Source: Azolla caroliniana
Lineage: Eukaryota; Plantae; Polypodiophyta
Direction: 5' to 3'
Assembly: GCA_043228905.1 (NCBI GenBank)
Contig: JBHGNT010000012.1
Location: 18,662,001 to 18,726,000, forward strand
DNA length: 64,000 bases
Position 1 is the first letter of the stretch, and every line of letters begins with the position of its first letter. The notes beneath the pieces were generated by a model. The model was not told the DNA's origin. It was given only the letters and a program-made list of their open reading frames with translations, and did not search any database. Position numbers and translations under genes: made by a program. Shown one piece after another: positions 63,180-64,000 of the stretch.

Positions 63180-64000
63180 TGTCGTGAAGATTTTCGACAA
63201 TCGTGTGAAAATTGCATAAAACATACGAAATCGAGTATGAATTGCATAAAACAATAATAGTAAAGATACTAATTTGAAATAAGTTTAATATCTTGGTACA
63301 AAAAGATGGAGGTCATGAAGAGCTTTCGAATGCACTTTTCTACATAAGAAACAGACATCTAAGTGTCAAGTTATGTGGGTATAAAGTTTTACAAAAGAAA
63401 AAGAGAAAAATAAAATTGTGAAATATCCCAGATAGATAGGAAACATTTAGGCTCTAACTATATAAGCAGATTGAGATCCATCATATTTCATCTATGTGTT
63501 AAGAGCACATAAAAAATAGTTGGACTTGAGCCATTTCTGTCTAGATGGACATATGTGGCTAAGTTGTCGGATGTGGCTAAGTGCCCGAACCGGCCGGTGA
63601 AGAAACTCAAACCGCCCAATGACATAATCGAAAACCGGATGGAGCTGGCAACCAGATGAATCTGGCAAGTGGCAACTGGACGGTGATGATGATGGCATTC
63701 TATGACGGAACCGGCAACCGGTGAACGGGATTTGGCGTTAGAACCGGCGACCGGTGATGGCATCCGGCATCCGGCGACGGAACCGGTGACCGATGGTGAC
63801 CGACATCCGGCGACCTCGAGATGCGAACCGAACCAGGCCAGACCGAATGGATGCAAATCAGACGGATTGGTTGGGTCAGTTGATCGTCATGCATGATATC
63901 TTAAAGATATTTGGTCCAAAAGCCTAATAGTTTTTGTGCATAAAAGAAAAAGATGTAGGCAAGACTCGAACTTTGCACCTCGAAGATAAGAAGCAATAGG
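63180..64000 (+). mobile_element. long family F-type LTR, runs off the window
   Basis: TGTCGTGAAGATTTTCG is identical to the start of the 37380-38103 LTR; similar to 21564-21790; CCGG-rich repeats at 63570-63850. Confidence 0.7.

Overview
This window is eukaryotic, plant-type heterochromatin made almost entirely of nested retrotransposons. I can support no host gene, tRNA or rRNA gene, or CRISPR array. The element mix (Tcn1-like chromoviruses, tRNA-Trp-primed gypsy elements) suggests a non-seed land plant, but that is inference. Nesting was read from LTR termini and target-site duplications (TSDs). (1) A 5'-truncated chromovirus lies at 2037-~5690. (2) Copia A (6306-21262, TSD TAGGG) contains chromovirus B (9474-18721, TSD AGCCC), which contains solo LTR C (11113-17348, TSD TGATG), which contains the one intact and very young element, Copia D (11689-17157, TSD CTTAC, single 1357-codon gag-pol). 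(3) Several LTRs and elements of a TGTCGTG...CGACA gypsy family (F) have 4-bp TSDs that are mostly CpG-centred, a tRNA-Trp PBS and a -1 frameshift signal after the protease. (4) A near full-length decayed L1-type LINE (27594-34452) sits inside a Copia A relative. (5) Two decayed Copia D relatives are present. (6) Athila-like gypsy G (40970-62986, TSD TGCCG) contains a related, inverted element H (50101-62509). The main finding is that G and H have unrelated LTRs, yet both lack a polypurine tract. Both instead carry an identical 18-nt copy of a tRNA-Arg-like 3' end (TGTCCCACGGGCGTGCCA) 2 nt before the 3' LTR, which suggests tRNA priming of the plus strand as well (dual tRNA priming). Both also encode a homologous accessory protein of about 1000 aa. 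All coordinates and counts were made by eye.
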